Source: Candidatus Moraniibacteriota bacterium
GTDB lineage: Bacteria; Patescibacteriota; Minisyncoccia; Moranbacterales; GCA-2747515
Length of the DNA stretch: 64,000 nucleotides
Assembly (NCBI GenBank): GCA_040772365.1
Contig: JAXGYI010000006.1
Coordinates: forward strand, 4,014 to 68,013
Direction: 5' to 3'
Under the pieces are notes generated by a model. It worked only from the letters and a program-made list of their open reading frames with translations, had not been told where the DNA came from and ran no database searches. Positions 60,644 through 64,000 of this stretch are shown piece after piece (within the stretch, counting starts at the first letter, position 1; every line of letters starts with the position of its first letter). Made by a program: the position numbers and the translations under genes.

Positions 60644-61480
60644 CTAATCATCGGTTGCGCGCTTCATCTCATTGCGAATTTCCTGCTCAATCTCATCAAT
60701 GGACGGCACCCATTCATCAATAATGTCGTTCTGTGCAGTATTGGATGACTCTGTGGATCCAGTGAGTATTTCCGTTGCGGTTTTTGGGGTTGTGTTTTCT
60801 GGTGTGTCATGTGGTGTAAGCGCACTGAATGATGGCGGTGTTGTACCGGAAGGGGCATGCTGTAAGATTGCTTCAATAGATGCCCACGTCGCATTGGGAT
60901 CTTGCGATGTAACAATTGCAACCTCATCACCTGGCTCGGCGCCGAAATAGGTAATGGATGCGAGGAGGATGCGGTAAGGCTTGCCGTCAGCAACGACAAA
61001 ATAGTTGTTGCTGGCGTCTTGTCCGACAATGCCAATTTTGTTTTGGCGCGGAACAGGACCGATTTGTTTGTAAATAAATGATCCATCTGGTACGATCGTG
61101 AGCTTGAGGAAGTCGCCCTCTACAAGCTTGGATTTAGACGCGTAGTTTGCTGGTACAGGATATTGCTTGCCGTTTGTGCCAATCATTAATTGTCCGTCAA
61201 ATGTGCCTTGCACGACATTGCCCTCGTTTTCTTCTGTTTTACGGCGACGCCCAACACGCTTCTTTCCTTCAATTTGGAGAAGCATGGATTTGGCGCTCTG
61301 GATGGTTTGCTCTGCGCTAGTGATCATGTCGCGCAGTGCTTGGATTTTTTGCACCTTCTCCTCGTCAGAAAGTTGTGTAATTTCGTCAGACATAATTTTT
61401 GCATGTATTTTTATTTCTAGTTGCAGTATAGCGCATAACGGATGAATGCGCAAATGGTGTGCATGCAAGGCTTGCATCAC
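60644..61480 (-). CDS. hypothetical protein (N-terminal coiled coil)
   Basis: 278 aa; no motif recognised. Start possibly at the internal Met (61393). Confidence 0.4.
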   Translation of the reverse strand: MMQALHAHHLRIHPLCAILQLEIKIHAKIMSDEITQLSDEEKVQKIQALRDMITSAEQTIQSAKSMLLQIEGKKRVGRRRKTEENEGNVVQGTFDGQLMIGTNGKQYPVPANYASKSKLVEGDFLKLTIVPDGSFIYKQIGPVPRQNKIGIVGQDASNNYFVVADGKPYRILLASITYFGAEPGDEVAIVTSQDPNATWASIEAILQHAPSGTTPPSFSALTPHDTPENTTPKTATEILTGSTESSNTAQNDIIDEWVPSIDEIEQEIRNEMKRATDD

Positions 61481-61529
61481 ATCGCGATGGTGGTATTATT
61501 GGTAGGATAATCATGCTACACGGGAGACC

Positions 61530-62702
61530 ATGGGCAAGACATTTTTCATCAAGACATTTGGATGTCAGCAAAACACGGCGGATAGCGAGCGCATACGACA
61601 GTACTATCTGGAGCGTGGTGCTGTGCCTGTGTCCACGGAGCAGGATGCGGATATTGTTGTGGTGAATAGCTGCATGATTCGTGGTATGGCGGAGGAGAAG
61701 GTCTACGGTTATGTGCGCAATGTACGCATGCACGCCAAAAGCAACGGACGCACACAAGAAGTCATACTAACAGGGTGTATTGTCGGTGCAGCGGGGCGTG
61801 AGCCGAGCGGTGCATTGCAAAAAACACTTGCGCGCCGATTGCCAGATGTAACGTTGATGCCGACGGAGAGCATTGCCGCATCTCGTCCGCGTCGTGCGCC
61901 GGGATCACATGCATGGGTGTCCATTTCCAACGGGTGCAACAATTTTTGCAGTTATTGTATTGTGCCGTTTGCGCGCGGCAAAGAGAAATCACGCCCATTT
62001 GATGCCATTCTTGCGGATGTGCGCCATGCGGTTACTGCGGGTTACACATCGTTGACGCTCGTGGGACAAAACGTTAATTCCTACGGCGCAGACCTTGTGC
62101 GCAACAACATCGATGCATACACTTTGCCCGATGGCACGATCGTTGCGCCCGTCATGGTGGACCATCTTGGCAAGACGCGCATTCCCACGCTTTTTCCGCA
62201 TCTTCTGGAGGCTGTGGCGCAAACATCCGGTGTTCGCACAGTGACATTCACCAGCTCCAATCCGTGGGATTTCTCTGATACGCTGATTGACGTGATTGCC
62301 CGCAATACCACCATTGATCGCATGATCCACTTGCCGGTGCAGTCGGGTAGCGATACAGTGCTTGCGGCAATGCGGCGGTGGTATACTGCGGAGGATTTTG
62401 AACAACTCACGCAACGCATTGTTGCAGCAGTGCCAGATGCGACATTTGCTACAGACATCATTGTAGGGTTTCCCGGTGAGACAGAAGACGATTTTCAAAA
62501 GACTGTAGACCTTGTCACGCGGGTTGGATTTGTGAAAGCTTTTATCGGGTGCTATTCGCCACGCCCCGGCACTCATGCCGCAACGCATCTTCCCGACACG
62601 ATTCCGTGGGCGGAAAAAAAGCGCCGCTGGCACATCATTAATACGCTGATTAACAAAGCCAACCAAGGCGCGACGTATGATAAGGATTGGGTGCGGCGGT
62701 GA
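61530..62702 (+). CDS. MiaB/RimO-family radical SAM methylthiotransferase (no obvious TRAM domain)
   Basis: MTTase N-domain 'FIKTFGCQQNTADSE' plus radical SAM 'GCNNFCSYCIVPFARG'. Confidence 0.8.
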   Translation: MGKTFFIKTFGCQQNTADSERIRQYYLERGAVPVSTEQDADIVVVNSCMIRGMAEEKVYGYVRNVRMHAKSNGRTQEVILTGCIVGAAGREPSGALQKTLARRLPDVTLMPTESIAASRPRRAPGSHAWVSISNGCNNFCSYCIVPFARGKEKSRPFDAILADVRHAVTAGYTSLTLVGQNVNSYGADLVRNNIDAYTLPDGTIVAPVMVDHLGKTRIPTLFPHLLEAVAQTSGVRTVTFTSSNPWDFSDTLIDVIARNTTIDRMIHLPVQSGSDTVLAAMRRWYTAEDFEQLTQRIVAAVPDATFATDIIVGFPGETEDDFQKTVDLVTRVGFVKAFIGCYSPRPGTHAATHLPDTIPWAEKKRRWHIINTLINKANQGATYDKDWVRR

Positions 62703-62762
62703 GTGAAAGGACGCGATAGGTGGGATGATGGTGAGGGCATGGATTGTGTGGTATAGTACACA

Positions 62763-63347
62763 ATGACGTGTAATGACTTATGTAGTGTGAAAGATATGCA
62801 GCAGCAACAGATAATGACGCCCTATTCACGCGACGTGGTGTTTTTTGATGCGGAATTTACGGGACATGATCTCATGCGCGACCACCTCATGTCCGTGGGG
62901 ATGGTGTCGCTGGATGGGACGCGGGAGATGTATTGTGAATTGGCATACGATCCGGCGCAAATCAGTGCGTGGGTGCGCGATAATGTGGTGCCACACCTTG
63001 TCGGTAATGCAGTGTCGCACGAGGAGGCACGCACGCAAATCCGTGCATTTTGCGGTAATACCGAACCACACTTAGTGGCAACGGTCAACCACTACGATAT
63101 GGCGTATTGGCACAAGCTATTTGATGGCGAGAAAGAACCGATTCACAGTATTCCGATTGATTTCGCTTCCATGTTGTTTGCCGTGGGATTATCGCCGGCG
63201 CGCGAGATTGGCGGGGAAAAGCGACAGTTCTATGCGCAATTTGGTATTGATGTGGATGCCTACAAATTGCACAACGCGCTGGATGACGCCAAGCTGATGC
63301 GTGATCTCTATGTACGTCTGGCGGGAACGGAAGCGCATCGTGTATAA
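62763..63347 (+). CDS. DEDDh-family 3'-5' exonuclease domain protein
   Basis: Exo I 'VFFDAEFTG' and Exo III 'YKLHNALDDAKLM'. The start is possibly at 62814. Confidence 0.7.
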   Translation: MTCNDLCSVKDMQQQQIMTPYSRDVVFFDAEFTGHDLMRDHLMSVGMVSLDGTREMYCELAYDPAQISAWVRDNVVPHLVGNAVSHEEARTQIRAFCGNTEPHLVATVNHYDMAYWHKLFDGEKEPIHSIPIDFASMLFAVGLSPAREIGGEKRQFYAQFGIDVDAYKLHNALDDAKLMRDLYVRLAGTEAHRV

Positions 63348-63385
63348 TACTAAGGTGAAGTGTAATTGTCTTAACTAAAAATTCT

Positions 63386-63766
63386 ATGACGGAACGCAAT
63401 CAGATCTATCGCTGCACTATTTGCGGCAATATTGTGGAGGTGCACCATGCAGGTGCCGGTGAGCTGGTGTGTTGCGGGCAGCCGATGACACTCTTGCACG
63501 TCAACACCGAGGACGCATCTACGGAGAAGCACGTGCCGGTGATTGTGCGCGACGGCGAGCACATTATTGTAAAAATCGGCGAAACGCCGCATCCGATGGA
63601 AAGCGATCACTACATTGAGTGGGTGACGCTCGTGTCGGAAAACAAGACAAAGACAGTTTACCTCTCTCCTGAGGATCAGCCAGAGGCGATCTTTTGCACA
63701 TCATCCGAACCTGTGGCGGCATACGCATATTGCAATTTGCACGGTTTGTGGATGGCGCGCGAGTAG
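63386..63766 (+). CDS. dfx: desulfoferrodoxin (2Fe superoxide reductase)
   Basis: Desulforedoxin N-domain 'YRCTICGNIVEV...LVCCG', SOR domain 'EKHVPVI...HPMESDHYIEWV...YCNLHGLW'. Confidence 0.85.
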   Translation: MTERNQIYRCTICGNIVEVHHAGAGELVCCGQPMTLLHVNTEDASTEKHVPVIVRDGEHIIVKIGETPHPMESDHYIEWVTLVSENKTKTVYLSPEDQPEAIFCTSSEPVAAYAYCNLHGLWMARE

Positions 63767-64000
63767 GCAGGCGATGTGCGCACAAAATGGGACTGATTTT
63801 GCAAAATGAGGATCCTACGAGGATTTTACGAGTGAAAATCCTATTAGGAAAATCTGAAATAGTTGGAAAAATACGGTAAACCCATAAAAGAGGTCTATTA
63901 TTGTATAGTGCATGTGTACACAGTATACATCTTTACTTTTTCACACGTTTGTAGTATGCTAGGCAGAGTTAATCGCAAGAGTGATAATCTATGAAAATTT

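Overview
This 64 kb window is bacterial DNA, densely coding on both strands at about 50% GC. Roughly the first 42 kb and the last 7 kb look like host core genome. The gene content (type IV pilin/pseudopilin cluster, gatCA, a compact suf operon) resembles a small-genome, possibly Patescibacteria/CPR-like anaerobe, but that is inference, not proven.

Core genes I can support:
- envelope glycopolymer locus: GT2 processive glycosyltransferase (QxxRW), MraY/WecA-family transferase, DUF192 protein, large Wzy-like/TPR/LytR_C fusion protein
- translation and informational genes: valS, tsaD, ligA, gatC-gatA, recG, dnaX, a MiaB-like methylthiotransferase, a DEDDh exonuclease
- ECF sigma factor, polyprenyl synthase plus uppS, sufC-sufB-short sufD, Hsp20, peroxiredoxin, desulfoferrodoxin, P-type ATPase, VanW-domain protein
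- a pilus cluster: pilin, prepilin peptidase, three pseudopilins, and a LamG-domain protein
- six tRNAs: Lys-CTT, Arg-TCT, Ser-TGA, Ser-CGA, Gln-TTG

The most interesting part is a roughly 15 kb compositionally foreign segment (about 42.0-56.9 kb) inserted right after tRNA-Ser(CGA) and a bidirectional terminator.
- Its tRNA-proximal end carries a large serine recombinase with an adjacent perfect inverted-repeat site, phage terminase small and large subunits, and a truncated beta-class DNA methyltransferase.
- A very AT-rich four-gene operon follows. It encodes an 801-aa protein with a zinc ribbon and a possible PD-(D/E)xK motif, a 364-aa multi-zinc-ribbon protein, an amidohydrolase-2, and a class I SAM methyltransferase.
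- A radical-SAM cluster follows. It has three radical SAM enzymes (at least two with SPASM domains), an RNHCP zinc-ribbon protein, a YkgJ CxxCxxCC protein, and an unannotated 38-codon Lys-rich ORF with a strong RBS. It sits behind a near-consensus sigma70 promoter with a palindromic operator-like site.

I consider this radical-SAM/peptide locus and the AT-rich zinc-ribbon/nuclease-like operon the best candidates for an undescribed biosynthetic (RiPP/cofactor-like) or defence system. All functional calls are from motif recognition by eye; no database searches were possible.
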